NCBI GenBank assembly: GCA_016840685.1
Contig: JAEORX010000002.1
Coordinates: forward strand, 28,852-92,851
Direction of reading: 5' to 3'
Origin: Candidatus Thorarchaeota archaeon
GTDB lineage: Archaea; Asgardarchaeota; Thorarchaeia; Thorarchaeales; Thorarchaeaceae
Length of the DNA: 64,000 nucleotides
Shown: positions 1 through 9,389 of the stretch, one piece after another
Numbering within the stretch: position 1 is the first letter of the stretch
Layout: every line of letters starts with the position of its first letter
Made by a program: the position numbers and the translations under genes
The notes under the pieces: generated by a model
The model's input: the letters and a program-made list of their open reading frames with translations, nothing else
Databases searched by the model: none
What the model was told of the DNA's origin: nothing

Positions 1-726
1 TTTTCCACCCCTTCTTGAGAAGTCAGGGGAGGTCTGAAGTGTTCCAGTGACCTTAACGAGTTCTCCAGGTCTTGAAATGTCAACAATGTCTCCCTCAAAG
101 ATTACATCAACAGAACGAGGCATCTGACCTGGAGGAAGTTCTTCGGGTGACTCTTGAATCCGTACCTTTTGCCAATCTTTAAACTGGGATTTTTGAGGAA
201 TTAATAGCATTGGTGTTTTTTTTGTACAGACCGGGCATAGTGCGGGTTCCGTATATCGCCCCTCTTCTTGAGGCTGGGGGATTTCTGCTTGACAAATCCT
301 ACAGAGAAACATGGCTTGTACTAAAAGAGGTTTGACTTCACTGGCACGCATCATTATTCCACTGATGTGTATCAGCTTGCCAATGTGTCGTGATCGAAGT
401 GCTCGCAATGCCACATGTTCAGGATAATTTACAAATCGGGTCTTTATCATACTGATATCAATGCTATTGACATAGTCCGGATCTTCAACACGTAATACCG
501 AAACTAGAGCGTTATCAGACATCTCTAGGAACTTCTGGGGATCTTCTGCGGCTAATGCCATGAAAACGTTATCGAAGCTCGTCAGGTCTTGAAAATCGAC
601 AGTGAGTGACAGTTCGTCATTTATTGACATTTGTTGGATTCGTGACCAATAGGTCAAGGTGCCCAATTCATCTTTGTATGTTCTTAGGAACTCTTCGAAT
701 CTTTCCTGTTCCTCATAAGCAGACAT
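1..726 (-). CDS. mcm: MCM replicative helicase, N-terminal part (gene runs off the 5' edge of the window)
   Basis: Not in the ORF track because it is open at the window edge. My minus-strand translation from the ATG at 726 reads MSAYEEQERFEEFLRTYKDELGTLTYW...ALRSRHIGKLIHISGIMMRASEVKPLL..FLCRICQ..CPVC..DWQKVRIQESPEELPPGQMPRSVDV. This is the MCM N-terminal OB / zinc-finger pattern. Confidence 0.8.
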   Translation of the reverse strand, partial: MSAYEEQERFEEFLRTYKDELGTLTYWSRIQQMSINDELSLTVDFQDLTSFDNVFMALAAEDPQKFLEMSDNALVSVLRVEDPDYVNSIDISMIKTRFVNYPEHVALRALRSRHIGKLIHISGIMMRASEVKPLLVQAMFLCRICQAEIPQPQEEGRYTEPALCPVCTKKTPMLLIPQKSQFKDWQKVRIQESPEELPPGQMPRSVDVIFEGDIVDISRPGELVKVTGTLQTSPDFSRRGGK

Positions 727-841
727 CTTTACTAGCCTCGATCATTTTTGTTTCTTGAGGATTTGTATTGCGTGTGTCAGTACTCCTATCTTAACTCTTA
801 GCTCTTCTCGATTTGTATTTAAGGGCACTAATACGAATTTC

Positions 842-1411
842 TCATTCCATAATATTTTGGCGCCATCCAGAGAGTAAATCAATCAGCTGTTCACAGAGCC
901 ATCTTTCTTCGTAAGCCATCTGATTTCGCTTCTCCTGATATGCACCTGATTTGGCAACTCGGAGTATCTTTGACAATCGAGTTTCAGCCAAGAAAGGCAC
1001 CATACTTTGTAGTTTTTCGATTTCATCATATTTTCGGGGGTCTATTGATGTTCTATCGCTCTGCAGTCGGATAACTTTCCTACTAAGTGCAGTATAGAGA
1101 AATGGTTGAAATGTCTGAAGTTTGTGTGGTTGTTTTTCTTCTGCACGATAAAGATTTTGAAGTCTTCTTAGCGAGTCATACGCATCTTCAGGTACAATAT
1201 CTACTAGGTCATGTTTCATTAATCGTTCTATCACCCAATTAGGAAAACTTACTCGGTCACCTTTGTTGAATGGGCCTGTTACAACACCACCAATGATCAT
1301 CGAAGGAATGGGTTTCTGAAAAATGCACTCTCGCATTTCATTAAGAAACATCATTTCAAAGCGGTTCATCTCGTCTTTTACTTCGCTGCATAGCTTCATG
1401 AAATCCCACAC
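842..1411 (-). CDS. GINS subunit candidate (beta-rich domain first, helical domain second, Gins23-like order); the ATG at 1399 is an alternative start
   Basis: 189-aa ORF directly upstream of and co-oriented with mcm. The helical C-terminal half (LRRLQNLYRAEEK..FQPFLYTAL..ETRLSKILRVA) resembles a GINS A-domain. The call is from memory only. Confidence 0.5.
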   Translation of the reverse strand: MWDFMKLCSEVKDEMNRFEMMFLNEMRECIFQKPIPSMIIGGVVTGPFNKGDRVSFPNWVIERLMKHDLVDIVPEDAYDSLRRLQNLYRAEEKQPHKLQTFQPFLYTALSRKVIRLQSDRTSIDPRKYDEIEKLQSMVPFLAETRLSKILRVAKSGAYQEKRNQMAYEERWLCEQLIDLLSGWRQNIME

Positions 1412-1592
1412 TTCAATCTGGAGTATCTAAGATAAAGCCCTTGCTCTCTGGTGGCGAGTTAGAATGATTAGTTCTGTTCTTGAATGGGCATGAAGATGTT
1501 GCCAGTGAATCTTTTAAGGAGTCATGGAAAAGTCGTGATAAATTCTGGCAAAAAAAGACCTTCAAGTCTTCAGTATTGGATGGGAACTTCAA

Positions 1593-2549
1593 ATGGATTT
1601 GGATTTGTGGACAGAAAAATATCGACCACCGACTCTGAGTGAAATCATTGGTCAAGAAGCACTAATTGAGAGTTTCAAGAAGTTTGTAGAAACCAGAACC
1701 GTGCCTCATTGTCTCTTTGCAGGCCCGCCGGGAACAAGTAAAACAACTGCGGCCATGGCTATGGCTAAAGATCTGTTTGGAGACTCTTTTGAACGAAATT
1801 TCTTAGAACTCAACGCTAGTGATGAAAGAGGAATTGATGTCGTAAGAAATCAAATCAAGAATTTTGCAAGGACCATGCCATCAGGTGGTGCTCCATTCAA
1901 AATACTTGTTCTTGATGAGGCTGATCACCTTACTGCTGATGCTCAACATGCCTTGAGAAGAACAATGGAGTCATATGCTGCTTCATGTAGGATGATATTG
2001 ATTTGTAATTATTCCAGTAGGATTATTCCGCCTATTCAATCGAGATGTGCAATATTCCGTTTTTCAAGACTTGATGACAATGATATTGGTAGTAGACTCA
2101 AGTATATTGCCAAAAAAGAAGGCGTTAGTTTACTTGAAGCTGGATCTAATGCGATTCTATATCTTGTTGAAGGTGATATGCGAGCGGCTATCAATCTGCT
2201 TCAAGCAGCATCATCAACAGGTCAGAAAATCAATGATGAGATAGTTTACTCAATATCGGGAAGAGCAAACCCAGAAGTTGTAAGAAAAATGCTTAATGAA
2301 GCCCAAGAAGGAAAATATACCGAATCACTTGATAGTTTACGGAATTTGATTTGTCAACAAGGAGTTTCGCCAATAGATTTGGTAAAACAAATACATCGAG
2401 AGATTGAGGGTCTTAATCTTGATAATCGAAAACGAATGGACATTCTAAATCAAACTGCAGAGATTGAGTTTCGTGTTGGTGAAGGCGCAAATGGTGAAAT
2501 TCAGATTTCATCGCTCTTAGCGCGCATAGGGCTTGGTAGTGATTCTTAA
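1593..2549 (+). CDS. rfcS: Replication factor C small subunit
   Basis: WTEKYRPPTLSEIIGQE, Walker A GPPGTSKTT, LDEADHLT and the SRC motif. 318 aa. Confidence 0.95.
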   Translation: MDLDLWTEKYRPPTLSEIIGQEALIESFKKFVETRTVPHCLFAGPPGTSKTTAAMAMAKDLFGDSFERNFLELNASDERGIDVVRNQIKNFARTMPSGGAPFKILVLDEADHLTADAQHALRRTMESYAASCRMILICNYSSRIIPPIQSRCAIFRFSRLDDNDIGSRLKYIAKKEGVSLLEAGSNAILYLVEGDMRAAINLLQAASSTGQKINDEIVYSISGRANPEVVRKMLNEAQEGKYTESLDSLRNLICQQGVSPIDLVKQIHREIEGLNLDNRKRMDILNQTAEIEFRVGEGANGEIQISSLLARIGLGSDS

Positions 2550-3769
2550 TGAATAAAGAAAATCTGCCTTGGTCTGAGAAACATCGTCCAAGGAAACTTG
2601 ATGCATTGGTTGGAAACCGGAAAACCATCGAGAAACTGAGGGAATGGGTGGAATCTTGGAAATCAGAGATACCAGTTAAGAGGGCATCTCTTCTTGTTGG
2701 GCCACCAGGAACCGGAAAAACTGCATCTGTGGGGGCGCTAGCAAACGATTTAGACATGGAACTTGTAGAATTCAATTCAAGTGATAAAAGAAACAAAGAT
2801 AGTATAGAAACACTGGTTTGGAGAGCTGCATCACAACAAACTCTCGATGGAAGATTTCGACTTATCTTGTTAGATGAGGTGGACGGTCTTTCGGGGACAA
2901 GCGACAGAGGAGGTGTGGGTGCAATTTTGAAGGTCGTCAAGGATACAGTTCACCCAATTGTGATGACTGCTAATGACCCTGATAGTCCACGTCTTAAAGA
3001 TTTGATGAAGGTTTGCCAGATTTTCAATTATGACTTAATCGAGAATGATGATATTAAAAGAATTTTGAAAAAAATTGTATCTGAGAATAAAGTAGAGGTT
3101 TCTAGTGAAGCGCTTGACGAGATTATTGAGAGCTCTAGAGGTGACGTTCGTGCGGCGATCTCTGATTTGGAGTCGTATGTAAGAAGTGGCTCGGCAAGTC
3201 TAATCTCTGAACCAATCATTAGAGATTCAAAGCGAGAAACCGAGGAAACTCTACGTCACTTATTTGCTTCAGTCAATCCAAAGATGGCTAGAAAAGCTCT
3301 AAATGAGTCTGAGCTGAATCATGATTCCTTGGTCCTGTGGTTAGAGGAAAATCTTCACTTACATCTTTTAGATTCGATTGAGCTTCATGAGGGTCTTGAG
3401 CAACTGTCTCTTGCAGACGTCACACTTGGAAGAATTATGATTAATCAGAATTGGAAGCTTTTGTCATATTTCTTCGATTTCTTGTCTTTAGGGGTGGCAA
3501 TGAGTCGGTCGAAAACACCTTTTCGGCGTGTTAAATATTCACAGCCTTCATGGCCTCTTTTGATTTGGCAAGGTAATAGGAAACGCGACAAACAGATTGA
3601 TGTTCTGGAATCTTTGTCTGTAGTGACTGGGGTTTCAAAAAGAAGAGTACGACAGACTCATCTTGATACAATCAATGAGATTGTCAAGATTAAGCCTAAA
3701 AGTCTGAGTGTCTTTGCGAGTTGGTTGAATGTTGAGAGATCGAACTTGGTACAGAAAAGTAGTCGATAA
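2549..3769 (+). CDS. rfcL: Replication factor C large subunit
   Basis: PWSEKHRPRKLDALVGN, GPPGTGKTA, LLDEVDGL. The start overlaps the rfcS stop, consistent with an operon. Confidence 0.9.
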   Translation: MNKENLPWSEKHRPRKLDALVGNRKTIEKLREWVESWKSEIPVKRASLLVGPPGTGKTASVGALANDLDMELVEFNSSDKRNKDSIETLVWRAASQQTLDGRFRLILLDEVDGLSGTSDRGGVGAILKVVKDTVHPIVMTANDPDSPRLKDLMKVCQIFNYDLIENDDIKRILKKIVSENKVEVSSEALDEIIESSRGDVRAAISDLESYVRSGSASLISEPIIRDSKRETEETLRHLFASVNPKMARKALNESELNHDSLVLWLEENLHLHLLDSIELHEGLEQLSLADVTLGRIMINQNWKLLSYFFDFLSLGVAMSRSKTPFRRVKYSQPSWPLLIWQGNRKRDKQIDVLESLSVVTGVSKRRVRQTHLDTINEIVKIKPKSLSVFASWLNVERSNLVQKSSR

Positions 3770-4559
3770 TATTGTTCAGTGTGATGACTGAGCGTCTGTA
3801 CTGGTTAAGTTGGTCGTTGAGTTTTTTCTGAATCAGTTTTATAGCATATTTACTCAGCTTCATCTTGAATGGAACTATTGTTTCTATTAGAACCAGATTT
3901 TCGGGAGGCGCTGGTTTGATACCACTTGCTAGAACTCTCTGTTCTGACAAGATACTGTCAATCATATCAAGCCTAATTTTTCCAGTACCAATTTCTATGA
4001 GTAGAGAAACTAGCTTGCGTACAAGCTTCCAGAGAAATCGTGTGCCATAGATGTCTAGATAGTATATATCGTCATGATCAAAGACTGATATGTTGAGGAT
4101 TGTTGTAACGGTATTTCGACCTGAATCGGGCTTAGCTAGCTCATTGAAATCATTAGAACCGATTAAGAGGGAAGCTGCTTTCTTAACAGCTCCAAGGTTC
4201 AATGTAGCCCAAGATTTGTCAAGATAATATCGATAGTGCCGCATCAACACATCGTAACGTGGTGCAAAGTTCAATGGGGCTTCTATTGATGCCCACAATA
4301 TAATGTCATCAGGAAGATATCGGTTGATTTTATCAATATTGAGTTGTTCGTTTGTTTCAATCATAACTAATTGTCCAACACTGTGAACTCCTCGATCGGT
4401 CCTGCCAGAAAATTGAGTTGTTTGAGTAGAGTGATGTTCCCCACTCCAATCTGTGACTGCTTGAATCAGTTCTCCTTGTACTGTCTTAAGTTCTGGTTGA
4501 TGCTGTGAACCGTGATATCGGTCACCAAGATAAAACAAGCGAGTGAGATATTTTGTCAT
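3696..4559 (-). CDS. truA: tRNA pseudouridine synthase A
   Basis: FYLGDRYHGSQHQP..TVQGEL..SGRTDRGVHSVGQLV catalytic Asp motif. The 3' end overlaps rfcL by 74 nt. Confidence 0.9.
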   Translation of the reverse strand: MTKYLTRLFYLGDRYHGSQHQPELKTVQGELIQAVTDWSGEHHSTQTTQFSGRTDRGVHSVGQLVMIETNEQLNIDKINRYLPDDIILWASIEAPLNFAPRYDVLMRHYRYYLDKSWATLNLGAVKKAASLLIGSNDFNELAKPDSGRNTVTTILNISVFDHDDIYYLDIYGTRFLWKLVRKLVSLLIEIGTGKIRLDMIDSILSEQRVLASGIKPAPPENLVLIETIVPFKMKLSKYAIKLIQKKLNDQLNQYRRSVITLNNIIDYFSVPSSISQHSTNSQRHSDF

Positions 4560-4574
4560 GTCATGACGACCTCA

Positions 4575-4859
4575 TCATGACTCCCAGAGATTAAATAGAC
4601 TTCTTAATGAACGAGCCCTGAGATCCTCAATTTTATACCTATATATTTTGATTCTACCAAATTTCTTTTCTTCTATGAGACCTGAGTTTAATAATACCTC
4701 TAGATGAGATTTTGTTGAACTATGATTCAGGTCAACTCTTCTACAGAGTTCCGAGATGTTCAACTCGGTGGCCATAGCGAGTTCTTTTAGTATTTTGATT
4801 CTCCCTCTTGAGGAGAATATGTCTTCAATGGCAACTTTGGGTGCGATTTCAGCGTTCAT
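4575..4859 (-). CDS. ArsR-type winged-helix transcriptional regulator
   Basis: RIKILKELAMATELNISELCRRVDLNHSSTKSHLEVLLNSGLIEEKKFGRIKIYRY. Immediately downstream of orc1/cdc6 with no gap. Confidence 0.7.
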   Translation of the reverse strand: MNAEIAPKVAIEDIFSSRGRIKILKELAMATELNISELCRRVDLNHSSTKSHLEVLLNSGLIEEKKFGRIKIYRYKIEDLRARSLRSLFNLWES

Positions 4860-6077
4860 TTATTTTCTCATAGCCCCCTTAGATGAGTCAAGTATTCCAG
4901 ACAAAAATTGCTCTAACATTTCAGCTGGAACATCAGAAAATCCAATGAGTGTAGTCTGACCTCTTTGACCAGTACCTGACTTCTTTGTGTCTATTATTCC
5001 ATGAGAATGAAGATCCTGAACCCATTCCCAGATTTGGGTATGTGCCCGTGGTTCTTCGTAGTACTCTTCGCATATCGAGCGATACATCTCTTCAACTTCT
5101 CCTATCGTGACGTAAGCACTACGAATCTCTCTAAGTTGTCGTGCTGCAGCAAGCAACAGAAGTTTATGTTGTGTTGGAAGTGTCGCGAAGACTTCTTTTC
5201 TGAGTTCAGGATGAGTGTCAGCTTTCGCGCGACGAGCGAAATCTGGAATCACTGTGTCGGTTCGTTCTCGGTCAGCGCGTTTACCAGCACGCCATAGAAG
5301 CTCAATTGCGTAACGGGCATCACCATGTTCTGAAGCGATATCACATATGACTTGGATTGTTTCATCCATAACTGCCTTTTTCTCAAAGGCCATTTCTACA
5401 CGATCTTGAAGTATGTCATAGAGAGCATTTCGGTTATATTTAGAAAATCTGAGCACATTGCGTTGTAGGGTACTACGCGTGCTTGAGTCTAATATGTCAT
5501 CATCAAGAGGAATTCTGCGGCCTATCCCGATAATTGAGAGACGTTGTGTGGCATTTAGTCTATCATCCATGAGTCGTGTTAGATCGTAGAGGATGTCTGC
5601 ACCTCTTTGTCTGATAAAATAATCAAGTTCATCGAGAATTAATAGGAGGTAGCGGTCCTCCTCATCAAGAACCTCAACTAACATTTGTAAGAGCTCATCA
5701 GGGGAGTGCCCACGCCTGGGAAATCTTGGTTTGAATTCTCTTAGTGCCCGAAGAAAAACAAGGTATGCAGTTTTATTGACACGACAATTGATATGGATAC
5801 TATGAAGTCGGATGTTTCGTCTTTTTGCGGCTTGAATCATTTGCTCAGAGAAGCGTTTTGCTACAGCTGTTTTTCCAGTCCCAACAGGTCCTTCAATGAT
5901 GAATTTATGGCTTGTTCTGCCTGGAGAGCTAATTAAGGTCTTGAAACTTTGAACTAACGTCCTAATCTCTGATTGCCGATGAGGAAGACTTTCTGGCACA
6001 TAGTCGATGGAAAGGAATTGTTCTGACTTGAACACACTGCGCTTACTTAGTTCATCCTCAATATAGTCATGCGACAT
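4860..6077 (-). CDS. cdc6: Orc1/Cdc6 replication initiator
   Basis: GPVGTGKTAVAKRF Walker A, LLILDELD Walker B and a C-terminal winged helix. 405 aa. Confidence 0.95.
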   Translation of the reverse strand: MSHDYIEDELSKRSVFKSEQFLSIDYVPESLPHRQSEIRTLVQSFKTLISSPGRTSHKFIIEGPVGTGKTAVAKRFSEQMIQAAKRRNIRLHSIHINCRVNKTAYLVFLRALREFKPRFPRRGHSPDELLQMLVEVLDEEDRYLLLILDELDYFIRQRGADILYDLTRLMDDRLNATQRLSIIGIGRRIPLDDDILDSSTRSTLQRNVLRFSKYNRNALYDILQDRVEMAFEKKAVMDETIQVICDIASEHGDARYAIELLWRAGKRADRERTDTVIPDFARRAKADTHPELRKEVFATLPTQHKLLLLAAARQLREIRSAYVTIGEVEEMYRSICEEYYEEPRAHTQIWEWVQDLHSHGIIDTKKSGTGQRGQTTLIGFSDVPAEMLEQFLSGILDSSKGAMRK

Positions 6078-6288
6078 GACAGACCAATTGGAATTTTACT
6101 AATGCACCTTAAAAGGATTTGCGGAGCATACGATTAAATGTATACAAAAAGGGGGGGTTGCCGAAAGTAATGGCGAGCTCCTAACTCAAGATCCATATCA
6201 TTGTCATTTCTGACTCATAGGGGTCATAGCAATCATCGCTCGCCATAGACCTAGTTGTTTGATTTCCCTTAAATCTAACGAAAAGCAA

Positions 6289-6365
6289 TGGTGCGACCGC
6301 CGGGATTTGAACCCGGCTTGGAAGCTTGGGAGGCTTCCGTCCTAACCAGACTAGACCACGGTCGC
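6289..6365 (-). tRNA. tRNA-Gly (CCC), no intron, CCA encoded
   Basis: Minus strand reads GCGACCGTGGTCTAGTCTGGTTAGGACGGAAGCCTCCCAAGCTTCCAAGCCGGGTTCAAATCCCGGCGGTCGCACCA. The anticodon loop is CTCCCAA. Confidence 0.9.
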
Positions 6366-6475
6366 CTTGTGACCCACCGATTGAAATTTGATAAAAGACT
6401 ATCGGCATTCAACTGTTGTTGTAAGAGTAACCTTATCTTGGCAATGCTAACCAATGCCAGTCTGGAGTCATAGCT

Positions 6476-7606
6476 ATGTCCACCAATAGATATACAACAG
6501 AATTTTGGCAAGGAAACCAAGCTTGTGCTGAGGCCGCAATTGCTGCAGGTTGTAGATTCTTTGCAGGTTATCCCATCACCCCTGCATCTGAGATTGCTGA
6601 AATTATGTCAGACAAGCTTCCTAGGGTTGGAGGGGTATATCTTCAGATGGAAGATGAGATTGCAGCTATCTCCGCTGTGATTGGTAGCTCGTGGGGTGGT
6701 GTTTTATCAATGACTGCAACTTCAGGTCCTGGGTTTAGTCTGATGCAAGAGAATATAGGATATGCAATTATGACTGAAACTCCTTGTGTTGTCGTGGATG
6801 TTCAGAGAGCTGGTCCAAGCACCGGGCAGGCTACAAAGGCGGCTCAAGGAGACTTTATGCAAGCACGATGGGGGACTCATGGAGATTATGAGAGCGTTGT
6901 ATTAGCTCCTAACTCAGCACAGGAAACGTATGAATTGACATTGAAATCATTCGCGCTTTCTGAAAGGCTGCGGCACCCTGTTATTCTTTTATCAGACGAG
7001 ATTGTCGCACATTCTCGAGAGAAAATCATAATTGATAGAAGTAGAAATGCATTGGTGAAACGAAGATTCAGTAAAAAGGGGGACATGCCCTATGGAGCTG
7101 TTGATGCAGATGGGCATCAATTCATGCCTAAATTTGGTGATGGACTAAATCTACTTGTAACGGGATCTACACATAATGAGTTTGGATTTAGAAAAACCGC
7201 GGATCCAGAAGTTCATGATAGGTTAGTTCGTAGATTGTCAAAAAAGATTCAGAACGCTCGTGATATCTTGGAAGATTATCAAATCACCGGACCTGATAAA
7301 GCCCAATGGGGTGTTGTGTCATACGGATCCACATCAAGATCGGTTGATGAAATGATGCTTATTGTTTCTGAGAATAAATTTAGAGCCTTGAGATTGAGAA
7401 CATTGTGGCCATTTCCTGATGATGCGATCAGAGAGTTTGCAGAGTCTGTTGATATGCTATTGGTTCCAGAACTTAGTCTTGGTCAACTTTCAAGAGAGGT
7501 GAGTCGTGCTGTAAAGGGATCTGCAGAGGTTATTCCTGTGAACAAGATTGGGGGAGGAGTCATGATTGAACCGCATGAGATGATTCGTGTAATGGATAAA
7601 TCTTGA
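6476..7606 (+). CDS. korA: 2-oxoacid:ferredoxin oxidoreductase alpha subunit (no beta subunit adjacent)
   Basis: GNQACAEAAIAAGCRFFAGYPITPASEIAE..TATSGPGFSLM..GPSTGQATK. 376 aa. Confidence 0.85.
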   Translation: MSTNRYTTEFWQGNQACAEAAIAAGCRFFAGYPITPASEIAEIMSDKLPRVGGVYLQMEDEIAAISAVIGSSWGGVLSMTATSGPGFSLMQENIGYAIMTETPCVVVDVQRAGPSTGQATKAAQGDFMQARWGTHGDYESVVLAPNSAQETYELTLKSFALSERLRHPVILLSDEIVAHSREKIIIDRSRNALVKRRFSKKGDMPYGAVDADGHQFMPKFGDGLNLLVTGSTHNEFGFRKTADPEVHDRLVRRLSKKIQNARDILEDYQITGPDKAQWGVVSYGSTSRSVDEMMLIVSENKFRALRLRTLWPFPDDAIREFAESVDMLLVPELSLGQLSREVSRAVKGSAEVIPVNKIGGGVMIEPHEMIRVMDKS

Positions 7607-9270
7607 AGATGATTGTTCGACACCGTGTCACTTGCTGTTATCACGATGGTGATGTTTGTACGCATCCAGACTCTTAGTGGGAGTGAGTTATTAGAAAGAT
7701 GGAAGTAATGACTTCTGACTACGAAGGTGATGTTATGCATTCCTGGGACAATCCACATTGGAAGAGAAACAATGTGGCTGATACTTGAATTGACGAATCC
7801 AGTTATCGCAAGAGGGGATAGAGCATTGTCACAGAAAATAGATACGTTGACCAAATGAACAGGTTGATTGTTGTCATCTAAAACATTCAGATTGAATTCT
7901 AAAAATTCTCCATAATATGTGATTCCAGCTGATACATTGATCTCGATGATTCCAAAGATAATGAGGTTGAATTGCGGAGGTGTAATGAATTGATAATATC
8001 CACTTATCGGATATACATTGACTGAGTGTTGTCCTACAGAGAGGTTATGCCAAATTGGTATATTTACCAAACAGGATTGATTTGGTAGAACATCAGCTAT
8101 TATTGAAAACTGCATATGTTCATCTGTTAGCTGAAGTTGTATTGACTGATTCCAATCAGGAGTTGATTCAATGAAAAACTCTATAGTCGCAGTTTCTCCT
8201 CTTGTTACATTCCAGTAATAGTGGTCTATTGAGAATAATAAGGAGTTTGCTAAGACATTCACATCGGCTGCTGTTTGGGCTGTTTGATATTGAGGATTGG
8301 TTGCAGTGATGTTGATGTGATAAAGTCCTGGACTTGTATTGAAAGGGATCATTGTTGAATACTTCCCGTTCCCAAGGCTCGACAAGATGCCAGAGCCAAA
8401 ACCTGTGGTCCATAGAACCATACTATCTTCTATTGGACACGATTCCAAATCTGAGTGTTCTATAACTAGCTCAGCCTGATTAATATGGGTCCCATCAGGT
8501 GACTGGCAAAAGACTGCTTCTGGTGATGATACTATAGTTAGATTTGAGGCGGCAGGAAGCACTGTGACTTCGAATGAGTCAGTAAACGGGAGAAAGTCCT
8601 CGTTCCCATCACTTGAAATCGTCAGATTGTAAAAACCCGGTGGACCTAATAACTTAGTCCAGTTCAGATATATCATTCCTTCAGAGCTTGTAGTTGTATT
8701 CAGGTCCAACACATTCTGTGAACTCATATCTTCTACATGCAATCTAACTGATTCGCCTGAAAAAACAACATTCTCATTATGTACACTTGCAATCATAATT
8801 GGGAGAGATGCGTTCAGGCCATATTGAATGGAGAGGGTAGTCAAAGGGACTGCGGCGAGATGTCCTCTGTTGATTGTTATTTCGATATTATCTCCTGCAC
8901 TTTGATACACTGTATCGAAAATTTCTACAGTAAAAAGTGCAAAGGCTTGCACACCTGTTTCGGTCGGATTCGTATGTGCTGGTAAGATTGTATATGATGA
9001 ATTTAGATAACGAACTGTAGGAGAGGGTGGAATGAAATATTCATCTGCAAAAAACGGTCCTAAATCAGTTACTACAGCGAATGAAACATAACACCATCCT
9101 TCGTCGCTGAAATCTGCAACAAGTTTTGCAACCATGTTAATTGTTTCTCCAACCTCGTATACGAATTTGTCTGTTTCAAAATACTGAAAGTCAAAATAGA
9201 ATGCTGAAACTGGAATAGTGAGATATGCAATAATAAGGACAAAGATGAGCATGGTTGCTTTCTTTTTCAA
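7483..9270 (-). CDS. Secreted, sequon-rich Ig-like repeat surface protein (adhesin or S-layer-like)
   Basis: N-terminal signal peptide MKKKATMLIFVLIIAYLTIPVSA. About 18 N-x-S/T sequons. Repeated beta-rich modules carry the G-x-(Y/H)-x-I-x-I pattern (PGFYNLTISS, PGLYHINITA, PGMHNITFVV). Confidence 0.7.
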   Translation of the reverse strand: MKKKATMLIFVLIIAYLTIPVSAFYFDFQYFETDKFVYEVGETINMVAKLVADFSDEGWCYVSFAVVTDLGPFFADEYFIPPSPTVRYLNSSYTILPAHTNPTETGVQAFALFTVEIFDTVYQSAGDNIEITINRGHLAAVPLTTLSIQYGLNASLPIMIASVHNENVVFSGESVRLHVEDMSSQNVLDLNTTTSSEGMIYLNWTKLLGPPGFYNLTISSDGNEDFLPFTDSFEVTVLPAASNLTIVSSPEAVFCQSPDGTHINQAELVIEHSDLESCPIEDSMVLWTTGFGSGILSSLGNGKYSTMIPFNTSPGLYHINITATNPQYQTAQTAADVNVLANSLLFSIDHYYWNVTRGETATIEFFIESTPDWNQSIQLQLTDEHMQFSIIADVLPNQSCLVNIPIWHNLSVGQHSVNVYPISGYYQFITPPQFNLIIFGIIEINVSAGITYYGEFLEFNLNVLDDNNQPVHLVNVSIFCDNALSPLAITGFVNSSISHIVSLPMWIVPGMHNITFVVRSHYFHLSNNSLPLRVWMRTNITIVITASDTVSNNHLQDLSITRIISCGSIMTPPPILFTGITSADPFTARLTSLES

Positions 9271-9389
9271 CTACTACACCAGAAAACTGTCTTTGTTTCT
9301 CCTAAAAAACTGCACACGGATTCAACGGTAGGTTTAATTCGCATGATATTTCGTCAACTATAGACTCTAACGAGAAGAGGTATAGCATC

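Noticed and set aside
760-819. Direct repeat GATTTGTATT (760 and 810) between the GINS-like gene and mcm
   Set aside because: It is only 10 nt, present in two copies, and AT-rich. It may be a half-site of the TTGTATTACAA family, but the evidence is too thin to call.
1413-1655. 80-aa minus-strand ORF between the GINS-like gene and rfcS
   Set aside because: It overlaps the rfcS start and promoter, has a low-complexity unconvincing sequence, and shows no motif.
2413-2940. Long antisense ORFs inside well-supported genes, for example 2413..2940, 16670..17017, 17963..18385, 20875..21378, 34016..34462, 50262..50651, 54887..55264 and 60643..60984
   Set aside because: Each lies entirely opposite a gene with strong family motifs. 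Their translations are Ser/Leu/Arg-rich mirror-frame artefacts.
6120-6165. G7 run (ACAAAAAGGGGGGGTT) and TGTATACA palindrome upstream of orc1, considered as a possible ORB / origin
   Set aside because: There is no GTGGAAA dyad core, no inverted partner and no AT-rich unwinding stretch. I keep it only as a note in the replisome-cluster finding.
6181-6520. ORFs overlapping tRNA genes (6181..6520 region, 13046..13267, 46886..47215, 62397..62654)
   Set aside because: They are explained by the tRNA-Gly, tRNA-Glu, tRNA-Val/Leu and tRNA-Arg genes. The conserved GFEPG-type peptides are simply translated T-arms.
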